From positions 142,600,001-142,664,000 of the forward strand of contig JBITNC010000001.1 in assembly GCA_050084985.1 (NCBI GenBank): 64,000 nt of DNA, read 5' to 3'. A program made the position numbers and the translations under genes. The stretch comes from Nageia nagi (taxonomy: Eukaryota > Plantae > Pinophyta). The notes beneath the pieces were generated by a model. It made no database searches, was not told the origin of the DNA, and saw only the letters and a list, made by a program, of their open reading frames with translations. Numbering within the stretch: position 1 is the first letter of the stretch; the number at the start of each line of letters is the position of its first letter. This document shows positions 35,585 to 47,560 of the stretch, one piece after another.

Positions 35585-38500
35585 TTTGGTATTACAACAA
35601 TAAAGAGTCATAAGAAAAAATGCTTCCTAGATTAAAAATTTTTCCTAAACTTAAATTAAACCTTTGTGTGTCCTTTACAATATATATGAAAATAAATAAA
35701 GGGAATGCTTCCCAAAGGAAAACCAACCAAGCACAATCCCAAGGAAATATTTCCCTAGGCAATGGGAATGAGAAAACCTCTAGGAATAGAACTAATAATA
35801 CCACCATATTAAGATTGTAGGAGCAATTGGAAAAGCAAAAAGAAATGTTGGAAATATTAATTAATAGGATGCAAAACCCTAATAACCAAAATAAAATTGA
35901 TGATAATGAGGAAAGAGTCGATAATAATAATGTTGATCCTCTTAGATCTAGGGTATATCAAGAACTTGTAAAATAATTGAAAACCTTTTAGTTTCAAGGT
36001 TTAATAGAAATTATGGAGGTGAAGCTATTGAGGATTTGCTAGAAGAGATGGAAAGTTACAGTTCTATGAAAATATTTCTTCAAAATCTCATACTGCTTAG
36101 GCTACAATGAATTTTTTAATACCAACTCTATAGTGGTGGAAATCCTACAAAGCCTAACAAAATATTCAAGGAGTGAATCTTAAGTAAGAGGATTTTGTGG
36201 TTTATTTTAAGAAGAAATACATAATAGAATAAGTTTACTTACAAAAGTATAATAAATTTTACACCCTTCAACAAGGAAATGTTTTAGTAGAACAATACCA
36301 TAAAAATTTGTTAAATTGCTAAAATATGTACTTAGGATAAAAATGACTTTAAGGTTCATAGATTAATTTTGGGGTTAGATTCTAGAATCAAAATATCAAT
36401 AAACATGCATAAGCCACAAAATCTAGAAAAATCTTGTGATCTAGCACACTAGGAAGAAAATAATTTAGGAGCCAAAATATCTTTCATGAATTATAGTATT
36501 CTAAACAAAGATGAAAAATAATAAATGAGAAATATGAACAAAAAGGGTTTCTAAAATGGTAAAAATATCATCAACATCAAATTAATAAGAGGTTCAAGGG
36601 AAATAATTCAAAAATAGATTCAATCATAAAATAAAAATAACAATAATAAGAAGAATCCTTAGAAAAATAGAAATTAGGGTCAATGAAAAAACAAAAACTT
36701 TCAAGCTTGAAAAGAAATGATGCTCCAAGGGATGAATACCAAAATAATTATCAAGGGCCAAACAAAGGAGTTTGTTGGATTTATGAGGGACTTGATCATT
36801 TTGCAAACAAGTATCCAAAAAGGAATAATTTATCTAAACATTGAATTTTTTAGCAACTAAAAAAGCCAACTTGAATGGTTAAACAAATCCTATGCAAATC
36901 TCATGTATAATGTTTGATAAAAAGTTTAAAATTATTATTGATAGTGGTGCAATAGAAAGCTTTATTTCTTCATAAATTATTTAATATATTCTAAAAGTAC
37001 CAAAATATTTGATAGAAGGGTGGTTAGTTGAGTATGGCTCTTGGCAAACTTGTTTAGTAAACAAATATCTTAGAAATGTTAAAATTAAGATACCTAAAGG
37101 ATTTATAGAATGGAATATTTATGTAGCATCCTTACATTCCTTTAATGTCATTCTAGGAATTGATTGGCTTCAATCCCACAAAGCTTTGATTGAGTACCAT
37201 GAAACATGGATTGATTTTTTTGATCTCAATCTTCAAAGAAAAAGTATATATTATGATAGAAGTAATGTTAAACCCTATATTCTTTTTTTCATGCAAATAG
37301 AAAGAATAATTCAAAATAAGAAAAGATAACTCTAAAGAGAAAATCTTTCAACAATACCTATTTTACAAGAATTTAAGTTTATTTTTCCTAACAATTTGCT
37401 AGGATTACCTTAGAAAAGAGAATTTGATTCCTCAATTGATTTAATTCCTAATGTTGAACCTATTTCAAAACCTTCTTATAGTATGACTATAATCAAGATG
37501 CAAGAATTTAAGGTAAAACTTTAGGACTTATTAGAAATGGGTCTAATTAATCCAAGTGTGTCACCTTGGGGAGCTCCTTTACTTTTTGTTAAAAAAATAT
37601 GGATCTATGAGGTTATGCATAGACTATCAATTGTTGAACAAAATCACATTCAAAAATAGTATCCTCTATAAAGAATTGATGATTTATTTGACCAACTTAA
37701 ATCTACTTTCATATTCTCAAAAATTGACTTAAGATCCAGTTACCACCAGTTAAGGATTAAGATTTTAGACACTCATAAAAAAAAATTTAAAACTAGATAT
37801 GGTCACTATGAATTCATAGTGATTCCCTTTGGATTAACCAATATGCTTTCTGCATTCATGAATCTCATGAATAAAATTTTTTGTGAGTACTTGGATAAAT
37901 GTTTTTAGTGTTCCTAGATGATATATTAATTTACTTAAGAAATAATGATAAACATGACTATCATATTAGGAAAGTGTTAAAAGTTCTAATAAAATACCAA
38001 CTTTTTGGAAAACTTTCCAAGTGTGAGATTTATGTACCTCAAGTTCAATATTGCAAACATATAATCTCACTAGAAGTTGTGTCTATAGATATCAAAAATA
38101 TTGAATTCATTATGAGTTGGCCTTCTCCAACCAAAATGAAAGAAATAAGATGTTTTATGGGTCTTGTAGGATACTATGGACATTTTGTAAAGGATTTTTC
38201 TAGAATAGCAAATCATATTACAACTCTCCAAATGAATAATCAAGAATTTAAGTGGACTGAAAAATGGAAAAAAGCCTTTGAAATCATTAAGGAAAAGCTT
38301 TCAATTACTCCAATAATTGCTATACTAGATTCTTTTGAATATTTCATAGTATGTACTAATGCTTCTCTACTTGGATTAGGAGATGTCTTATCTCAAAATG
38401 ATAGACCTATAGCATTTGATTCCTAAAAATTAAAGATTCATGAGATGAATTATGCTACACATGATATCAACTTGGATGTACTTGTTCATACATTTAAGGT

Positions 38501-40942
38501 TTGGAGAAATTGTTTGTTAGGGTGACCTTTTGATATAAAATCAAATCATCAAAATTTAAAGTATATTTTCATCCAAAATGATCTTAATGCATGTTAAAGA
38601 TAGATGGGGTTCTTGGTTGAATATTAATTTGGAATAAAGTATATTAAGGGTCATGAAAACAAGGTTGTGGATGCTTTAAGTAGATACAAACATCTTATGG
38701 CTATGACTAAAAGTCACTTTGACTTGTCAGATAAAGTGAAGGAGTATCAAAATAATGATCCTTATTGTATTAAGATTGGTGAAAAATTGGAAAACTATTA
38801 TCCTTCAATGAAATATTTTGAGTATAAGGATGGAATTTTGTGCTTTAAGGGAAAAAATGTTATTTTAGAGACTCATGGTATTCAAAAAAAAATATTGTAG
38901 GAAGTACATCAATTGCCTCTTTCTACTTATCCTGGTGGTCCAAAAATGAGAGAAAAACTCAAAAAGACTTATCATTGGTATGGAATGAAGAGGGTGTCAA
39001 TGAGGTTGTAACTAAATGCTTGGAATATCAAATGGTTGAAGAAAAGGATCAATATCTAGGTGGATCATCATATCCACATGATATTCTTACACAAAAATAG
39101 AAAAAATATACCAATGTATTTCATTTTTAGGTTGCCTAAAATGAGATTTCATCATGATGACATCTTTTTAATAATTGATTATCTCACTAGAGTGGCTCAC
39201 TTTATTCCTTGAAATACCATGGATGATGCACCAACTATTACACATAAATTTATCAAGGAGTATGTTTGGTTACATGGGTTTCTTAAAGTAATAGTTGCTT
39301 ACAAGGATCCTAAGTCCACTTTTCAATTTTGGAAAAATTTGCACCAAGTGGTGGAAACTAAACTAACTATGAATTTATCCTATCATCTCCAAATAGATCA
39401 TCAAACTAAATGAGTTAATAGATTCCTTAAATGCATGTTATAGATGTACTATATGGACCAACAAATAAAATGGGAAGACTACTTGTACTTAGTTGACTTT
39501 GCTTGCAATAAATCATATCACTCATCCTTAAATATGGCACCTTTTTTGTAACTATATGGAATGAAGTGTAAAATTATATTATCATAGGATAATATGAAAG
39601 ATCAAGTAGTGATTGGATTAGAGCATATAAAGGAAATGGAGGAACAACTCAAAGTGATTTGGAAAAGGCTTAAGGAAGCACCTGATTATCAAAGGGTTAT
39701 GTTGATCTAAAACAAACTCCACAAGAATTCTTTGTGAGAGATAACATATTCTTATGGGTTTAACCTATGAAAAGTACCATAAAGTTTACTAAATTGCATC
39801 CATTATTTGTAGGGTCTTTTGAAGTTATAGGAAATATAAGTCTAGTTTCCTATAAGCTAGCCCTACCACCTATATGATCAAAGATTCATGATATCTTTCA
39901 CATATCTCTTTTTCAGGAAATATATTTATGATCCTTCAAATATTTAGGATTTTAATAACTTGTAGATGGTAGATCCTATGGCCATTGAGGTGATTTCAAT
40001 GAGATTTCTTGGTTTTAGAATAAGAAAGCTAAGAAATAAGGAAATAAAGGAGTACTAGGTGTTACCACCCAATTTTTGATCAATAGTTTTTAAAATTTGT
40101 TTCTTAATTTAGGTATCTAGGAAAAGTTTTGTTGTTTTCTTTAATAAATAAAAAACACATAAAAATTATATAATCAAAAATTCAAAAATAACAATTTTTG
40201 AAGATCACATTTTTCTTCATTACAAAAAGAGTTTTGATTATTGGGTAGTATCTTTCATTTTAGAGGTAAGCACATATTTTAGATATTAACATGGAAATTG
40301 GTTTCTATTGAGATCATTGAATACCATCCTCTAATTTTGATTGCAAGCACTTATCATTGATCCTACTTAACTATTGAATGATGAGCATTGAAATCCTATT
40401 TTTGAAGCTAAGTGTTCATTATAGACACTAAAAAGTGGAAGTTAATTCTCACCATGGCCTAAAAATAAAAAAGATCTTCATTTCTAAAGTTGGAACAAAA
40501 ATGATAAAATTTGACTATCTTTTTGTTTTCCTTTGTTAGATTGAGTTAAACACCTGCTTAGGCATTAATAAATATTTTTTGCATTATCACATCATATTAA
40601 GGAGAAACATGATGTGACTAAAGTATTTTTAATAATCTCTACAACCTATGTGTCAATTTGGATATGACCAAAGCTTTTGCATTATTGCATCATCTTGGAA
40701 AGCTAGTTAGAGTTAACAAGACACCACCTAGTTGACCTAGCCCCTACTCACTTTGCCCAAAGCTACCTACTATTTTTATCCCATTTGTATGAATTAGGGC
40801 ATCAAATTACTAGATCAAGACACATATCCCTTGGTTCCTTTTGCACCTATATATACCTTGAACTGCTTGTCATTATCATCTTGAAGTTGTCAAATTTCCT
40901 CTATTGAGAGCTTATAGAGTCTTAATCTAGCATGAATAGAAG

Positions 40943-41520
40943 ACTACCATTGTCATAGTGAATTGAATTTTTAGCCAAATCAACTATCATTATCATAGTG
41001 AATTGATTTTTTAGCTGAATTAACTAAGTCCTTAAACTTTATCGCATCCAACTGCTTATTTTCCACTTCGTACTTATTAAGAAGTGTGTCAACTGAGGTC
41101 CTAGATAGGTATATGAGAAGACTTAGCGAGATTAGTTTTCCATTTCTTTCATCACATTAACTTGAAATTGAAGTGATTATGTTAAAACCTCATGTCACAT
41201 CATTTTGATCTTCATCTCAAAGCGACTAAGTCATTCCATTGTCACATCCTATAAGACTTGAACTTGAAGTAGCCAAGCCTTCCATTGTCATATCTAGTTA
41301 ACCTTGAAGTCAAAATGACTAAGAAAAACCCTTATATTGCATTAAATTTAATTTATACATAAAAGAAACTAAATCCTAAAACTTTTTTTACATCAATTTA
41401 AACTTCTACTTACAAGTGACCTCTTTTTCCTTTATCATTTTGATCTTAATCTTAGAGGAACTAAGTCATTTCACTATTGCATCCTATAATACATAAACTT
41501 GAAGTAACCAAGGCATTACT
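40943..41520 (+). repeat. Tandem and degenerate repeats in the solo LTR
   Basis: Two 40-bp copies (40943-40982 and 40983-41022), then recurrent ACTAAGTCATT-CCATTGTCACATCC / AACTTGAAGT.ACCAAG motifs to ~41520. Confidence 0.75.
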
Positions 41521-42846
41521 TGGAAAGGGGTATCCAAAATACATAATTACCAACCATAAGGTTAGAGGCAAAGAAAGGCTCTACCTCCCAAAAATATTTT
41601 GGCTTATAGAAATCTTCATCTAAGCATTCATTTAGAGAAATTATAAGGGATGAAGATGGTGATGATGATGAAAATGAAAATGAAAAAAGGAGAAAGGAAA
41701 GAAAACAAGATGAACATGATAAATATATTATCATAATTGATGATATTTCCACCCTCAATTAGCTTAGCTTCAAGAACATCCTAAAAAATATAAATATTGA
41801 TGCTTATTTAAAAAGGCTTGAAGAGGTTAGCAATGATAGTGAAAGAGAAGAGGAGGTTGAAACTAGAAAAGAAGAGATTGTTCCAATTCTAATAAAATTA
41901 CCAATTTTCATAAAGTTTGGTAAAGAAATTCTACATGTTAGCAAGCTCTTAACTAATTTCAAAAAACCAAAGGATAAAATCAAAATGCATACATTATTGA
42001 TCAGGGTACCAAACACTAATAAAGTTAGCTTAAGAAAAAGAATCAAAGGTCAATAAACTCAAGAGTGAGATGAGGAAACTTAAAAAAGAATTTTAAAGAA
42101 TTTGAGGAGATGGAAGCCAATAAAGAAGAATTGAAATCCAAATACAAAAGAGGTTATTAGGTTGAGAAAATAATTAATAAATTAATTGAGAAAGCAATCA
42201 GAGTTTTCCTAAATGCATATTACAACTTCATTTATCTTGATAACATGAAATTTCAACTATATGGTGTTGATGCTTATATCAGCAAATATGCAAATCAAAT
42301 GATGGAAGAAGTAAAAAATGTTGTGAGGATCGAGTGTGAAGTTATTAGTGATAAGAGAATAATAAAATTTTATAAAGAATTTTCATTTCTTTTTGATTGG
42401 TTAAAAAATGCAATACTCAAGTGCAAAGCATCCAAAGATAAATCTATTGAGGTATATAAAGAGAATTGAGATATTATTGATTAAGTTGATATCTCAACCT
42501 TAGATGAATCAAGCCAATGAAGAAGTGATGATGAAGTCAAACAAATATTGAAAGAACTCCTAGAGACAAAATTGAAATCAAAAGATTTACAGGAAGTTCT
42601 TGGATCATATAAACACTTTCTCTCTTGGGTTGCTTACATTAAAATAGCACATCAAAAAATTAAGAATTGGGTAATGATTTGCTAATATCAAGGATTAATG
42701 GATGGATGTGATAGGGTGCATGGCTTCCCAAAACGAGACATCAAGGAAAAGGTAGAGATAATAGCCTTATTTTGTCCCTCATTGGTAACAAAATGATGAT
42801 GAACTTATAAAAGGAAATAAAGGTGTTAGAAATTCCCCCCCCTTAA
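41520..42846 (+). pseudogene. Decayed ~430-codon acidic/coiled-coil ORF embedded within the solo LTR
   Basis: Long purine-biased reading segments: REIIRDEDGDDDENENEKRRKERKQDEHDKYIIIIDD, RLEEVSNDSEREEEVETRKEE, ORF 42245-42469 and its continuation KQILKELLETKLKSKDLQEVL. No gag or pol motifs. Confidence 0.6.
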
Positions 42847-43967
42847 TATCCAGAGTTATACAAATTCCTATACTTTATTCTTTAGACTTAGTTATTTTTG
42901 GGTTGACTATTTTTTATACTTAGCCCAATTTTGATGTTTCCAATTAGGGTTTCAAGAAACTTAGGGTTTTGTTTTAAACCTAACTATTTATGAACACTAC
43001 TTACATGTAAGTAAGCCTCATTTATGACTATCTCTCTTTAGTTGTTGAAAGTTACACTTTTGAAGCTTCAGTAATATAAGATAGTATCTTTTGCCTCTCA
43101 CTTATGTGTACTTATTTCTTTGATACATATTTAGTTTATGAAATGAATTTCAAGTTTATGGAGTAATTCATTTTCTATATTTGGATAATGCTATCTTTTC
43201 ACAAACTTAAAAAGCAATCAACATTTGAGTTAGTGAAAGAAATATGATATATTATGCAAGCTACATAGTATGATGTTTCATTAAAAAAGCTAAGTTTTTT
43301 TAAAATAAGAAGTAAAAGAGAATAAGTGTAAGGTAAATTACATGGAGTATATAACTTCTTACTTATAACTTGATTAACTTGGGCAAGAATTCTTCAGCTT
43401 GGTTAAAAAGGTTAAGTGATTATTTACTTTTCTAGAATTGGTAGAATGATCATTTAATTCAAGGATAAGAAAAGTTGTGAGATAATTAAAAAGATGAAAA
43501 AATACAAAAAAACTCCATTCAATAAGTCCAGAGCTACTTGTTTGAAACATATTGCTATCTTCCTCATAACTTGGATAAATTGAATAAGTTTAAGATAATT
43601 AATTTACAAACATCAAGTAATTGCTTACTTTTCAAGAATTAATGGCATGAATTTAATCTAAGTATGGAAAATATTGCAAGAAAAATAACATAAGTGTTAA
43701 CACAATACATTAGCACTAGTAAAACACATTGAGGACCATATCATTAAAATGAGGATCATAGATCCCTTATTATCCCCTTTTTCTTCTTAATAAGGAAAAA
43801 TGGTTAACACTAGGTCTAGTGGTATCAATAATCTGAATCTTTTGCAACATGAGAAGATGTTGATATTATGAAAGAATAATATCCATATTTATTTTGATGC
43901 TATATGTACTTAATTTTGTTAAATAATGAGAACACAAAGGATTGTGTTGTTAGTAAGAGGGGAAGGA

Positions 43968-45580
43968 TGTTATGATCCTCTCTTTTTCACTTTTGTATAT
44001 TTTGATTAGAGTATAGAGTATGGAGTTTTGACATACTTGCATTAGAATAATTAAAATCATGTGTTATTTTATATATTATGATCATGATGTTTATACAAAA
44101 GAGTTTGATAATACTATGGTTTCATGTGATATAAGAAATTTTTTTATTACAAGTGAACCATGTTGTTATTTGTATAGAGATGATTGGACATTGACATCCC
44201 ACAAAGGGAAATAATTTCACTTAGGTTGCATGAGTTTCATGTGTTCTCATTCTCTTATGTTGCATGTGTATTTATTATTTGTATTTTGAACTTGTTAATG
44301 AATTTATTTTGGGTTTTTGAGTCATTGTTGAGTTGACAACAATGATAGATTAGCCTAGTCCTTAACTTCATACCTACAAAATAAAATAGAATGAGGAGTT
44401 ATCAATATTCATGAAATAATAATGCATTGCATTTATGAAGCATTTTTAGGAAAAAGAAAAAAAAAATACCAAATTAATATGTCATTTTATTAAGGCATTT
44501 TGCATTCATTATTTAAAAGCAATACATTTAAATTATTTAAATACATACTAAGTATTTAGAGATATTTGATTAAAATGATAATACAATTTTAAATAAAAGC
44601 TATTTTATTAAATAAATATTTTAAATGTTATGCAAAATAAAATAAAAGGAAAAGAGTTATTTTTATTATTTGGATTTTGGGGTTTATTTCTCTTGGAGAG
44701 AAAAGTTTTAAGAAGTTTTGGGGAAAAACTTCCTCAAGGAAGTTGAGCAATTGTTCATGGCTCCTTGTTGCTACTATTTATGATAATTTTTGGCATGCTT
44801 TTGTTTACTTGTTTCTTGTGTGAAGAAGAGGAATTTAGAGCAAAGTTCATTTTGCATTTTTGAAGAATCAGTGCATTTAAAAATTAGGTTTTCTCCATTA
44901 TTGTTTACCTTGCATAAAGTTTGGTTTTTCTATATTATTCTTATTTTGCATACTAAAACATGAAAATAGAAATGATTAGTTATTTGCAAGTTTTCTACAT
45001 CTTTGTTGAATCTAGAATGAGAAAGGAGAAGATTAAATTTGGGTTTGTTAGGTGAAATACAATGTTGAATTTGAATTTAAACTTGGGTATTGTAGTTCTT
45101 TCTTTAAACCAAACCATAGACAAAACTCTACAAAAAAAATGGATTTTTCATTACAAGAAAATATACTAGAAGAAGGGTTTTAAAGCAAGAAATAAATATG
45201 GAAAACATAGTTCAAATCTTAGATCCAAGAGCTCTTTGAAAATAGATTGGAAATCTAAACATAATCCACATTCCAGATTTGGAAAGAGGGCATTAGAATT
45301 CTAGATAATGCTCTTTGAAATCAAGGTTAAACTCTATTTTGCATGCCTATACATATCTACTTTCCAAGTTTATGAGTACTTTTAAAAATCTTGTTTATAA
45401 TATAAAAGTATACCTTATACTTTATAAATAATAAAATAATACTTTATACTTTAAAACATTGATCTTTTAAGTTTAATTATATGTTAGTTTTTTATATATA
45501 AAAAAAACTTAAAAAAATATATATTAATTTTTTTTTTTACTTTGGCCTAAGAAGCCCATGTGTGAGGGGTATGGTGTGCA
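43968..45580 (+). repeat. Truncated 3' LTR of chromovirus C
   Basis: Direct repeat of 31982-~33525; similarity ends after CATGTGTGAGG(G/A)G(T/C)ATG. Confidence 0.9.
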
Positions 45581-46077
45581 CCTAAGGCTACCATTATGGC
45601 CTAGGCATCGCTAGCCTCTCCCCATGAATAGTGTAACAACCTACCTAATTACACTTATTATGACCTGAATGCCTTTGGGAATTTGAATGTGATTAAGACT
45701 ATTTGTGTTATGAGATGACTAATAATGAATGGCTGTATGCTAGGGTAATGGATATTGGCTATTTATAGCAAAAAGGTTATTTTTTAAGATTTTAAATTTT
45801 TTAATTTGCTATTTTTATAGTCATCATCCTGGGCCCAAGTAGCCTAATTGTTTTAGGTTTATTTTTTTCTTGGTTAGTTAGATAAAATTTTATAACTTTA
45901 TAGTATTTTTAATATAAGTTAGCCAAATATGCCTCCCACCAAATTTGCACCTTATTGCTTATATTTTATTGATGTTTTTAATATTCCTAAGTGAATTGTC
46001 TATTCGAACAGAGTTCTCTAGAAAAAAGAATACAAATCTAAAAGAAAAGAAGATTGTACTATAATAGGAGAATACAC

Positions 46078-46670
46078 ATGACTTGTTATAGAATAAAGTG
46101 ACTTGTTACCAAATATGAGCATCTTGTTACTAAAGATGAGTAACTCGTTACTAAAGACGAGTGACTTGTTACTGAAGATGAGTGTCTTGTTACTGAAGTC
46201 AAGTGACTTGTTACTAAAGACAAGTGACTTGTTACTAAGGATGAATGACTTATTACTACAAATGAGAAACTTGTTACTAAAGATGAAAAACTTATTATTG
46301 AAGATGAGTGACTTGTTATTGTAGATAAGTGACTTGTTACTACAAATGACTGACTTGTTAATAAACATGAGCAACTTGTTAATGAATACGAGCATCTTGT
46401 TACTAAAGACAAGTGACTTGTTATTGAAGATGAGCAACTTATTACTGAAGATGAGTGACTTGTTACTAAATATGACCAACTTGTTACTCAAGATGATTGA
46501 CTTGTTATGCAACATGATTAACTTGTTACTAAAGATAAGTAAGTTGGTACTGAAGATGAGTGACTTTGTTACTAAAGACCAATGACTTAATATTGAAGAG
46601 GAGTGACTTACTATTGAAGACAAACAACTTGTTGTAGAAGATGAGCATCTTATTACTGAAGATAAGCATT
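46078..46670 (+). repeat. 21-bp minisatellite, ~28 units
   Basis: Consensus GAAGATGAG(TG/CA)ACTTGTTACT. It generates the 7-residue periodic ORFs on both strands. Confidence 0.95.
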
Positions 46671-47364
46671 TGAAATATACTAATATTTCAAATTCACTTG
46701 TAATTGTTACCTTTTTTTAGAAAATGATATCAATTAGCCAATTTTTTATAGCATAGTTCTTAAAAAATTGAAATATTACCATTACTTCTACAATGTTTTG
46801 GGATAAAATTTCTAATATTTTGAAATTGTTTCATCATATTTTATTTATTTTGATTCACCAAAATTCCTTATGCATAACCTTGCTATATGCAATATTTATG
46901 TTGATTTGATGCTAGCTTTGAGGTTGTTGTGATACAGATTAAAGGTTGAAACAATATGGGAGTCAGGTTGGAGACCCCAAGGAACTAAATATGAGTTGGT
47001 TATGGGAATCAATTGGTAAGAGTGAAAAAATGATTTGCATTGATTTGTTGACAACCCATAAGGACCTTTGTAAATCATATAGATGCATATGATAATTATT
47101 GTACATGATATTTGATCCTTGTGATGTGTATGCTATTCATGTATGCACCAACAAAATTTACCTTATAATATAGGTAGTCTCCATATGTAAAATTATATGC
47201 AAAATATTTGATATGCATTCCTAAATTGCCTTAGAAAATTTATTAACTATTTTGAATATTGCAAGGGAATATTCTAGATATCTAAATTTAAATTATTCAG
47301 TAAAGAATTTTATTTTTATAAGCAATAAAATCTAGGGTTAGGTGAAAATAAATTTATGAAGGGA

Positions 47365-47560
47365 TGAGGAACTATTTTGGTATTTTTCATTAGGTGTGCA
47401 AAATAAATAAGGGACTAATTTGGTAGTTTGCGTTAGGTGTACAAAATAATGGAGGAACTATCTCCATACGTTTTGGTATTTTGCATTAGGTGTGAAAAAT
47501 AATTAGGACTATTTCATATACATTTTGGTATTTAGCATGAGATTTGCAAAACAATTTGTA
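47365..47560 (+). repeat. Degenerate 45-60 bp tandem repeat (4 units), probably subterminal to a DNA transposon
   Basis: GGAACTA...TTTGGTATTTTGCATTAGGTGTGCAAAATAA repeated four times with small indels. Confidence 0.8.

Larger units (their letters stand above)
40060..43809 (+). mobile_element. 3.75-kb solo-LTR-like insertion inside the chromodomain
   Basis: TGTTA...TAACA inverted termini and a perfect TSD CTAGG at 40055-40059 and 43810-43814. No second LTR copy, PBS or pol inside. TATA-like CCTATATATACC at 40846. Confidence 0.88.
35690..43900 (+). pseudogene. Chromovirus C gag-pol pseudogene (interrupted at 40060-43809)
   Basis: PR IIDSGAIESFI and VILGIDWL; [35 protein letters not shown] and VFLDDILIY; RH CTNASLLGLG; INT LTRVAHFIP. 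Chromodomain RKLRNKEIKEY*V continues after the insertion as *WYQ*SESFAT*ED. Confidence 0.93.
31982..45580 (+). mobile_element. Ty3/Gypsy chromovirus C (Tekay-like), degenerate, 3' LTR truncated
   Basis: LTR starts TGT(C/T)ATGATCCTCTCTTTT at 31982 and 43968; degenerate Met PBS TGGTATTA at 35587; order gag-PR-RT-RH-INT-chromodomain; PPT AAGAGGGGAAGGA at 43955-43967. Confidence 0.92.

Noticed and set aside
42940-42985. TTAGGGTTT telomere-like motifs (also ~51566 and 51612)
   Set aside because: Isolated telo-box-type motifs that are common in plant LTRs; not an array.
45590-45780. Exon-like segment reading YEMTNNEWLYARVMD, reminiscent of the Ulp1 protease WL...VID motif
   Set aside because: Too short, and no catalytic His or Cys motifs were found, so the assignment cannot be supported.
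46018-46623. 201-aa SNKSLIF-repeat ORF and overlapping LRR-looking MSDLLLK ORFs
   Set aside because: Translation artefacts of a 21-bp minisatellite that is open in several frames; no flanking domain.
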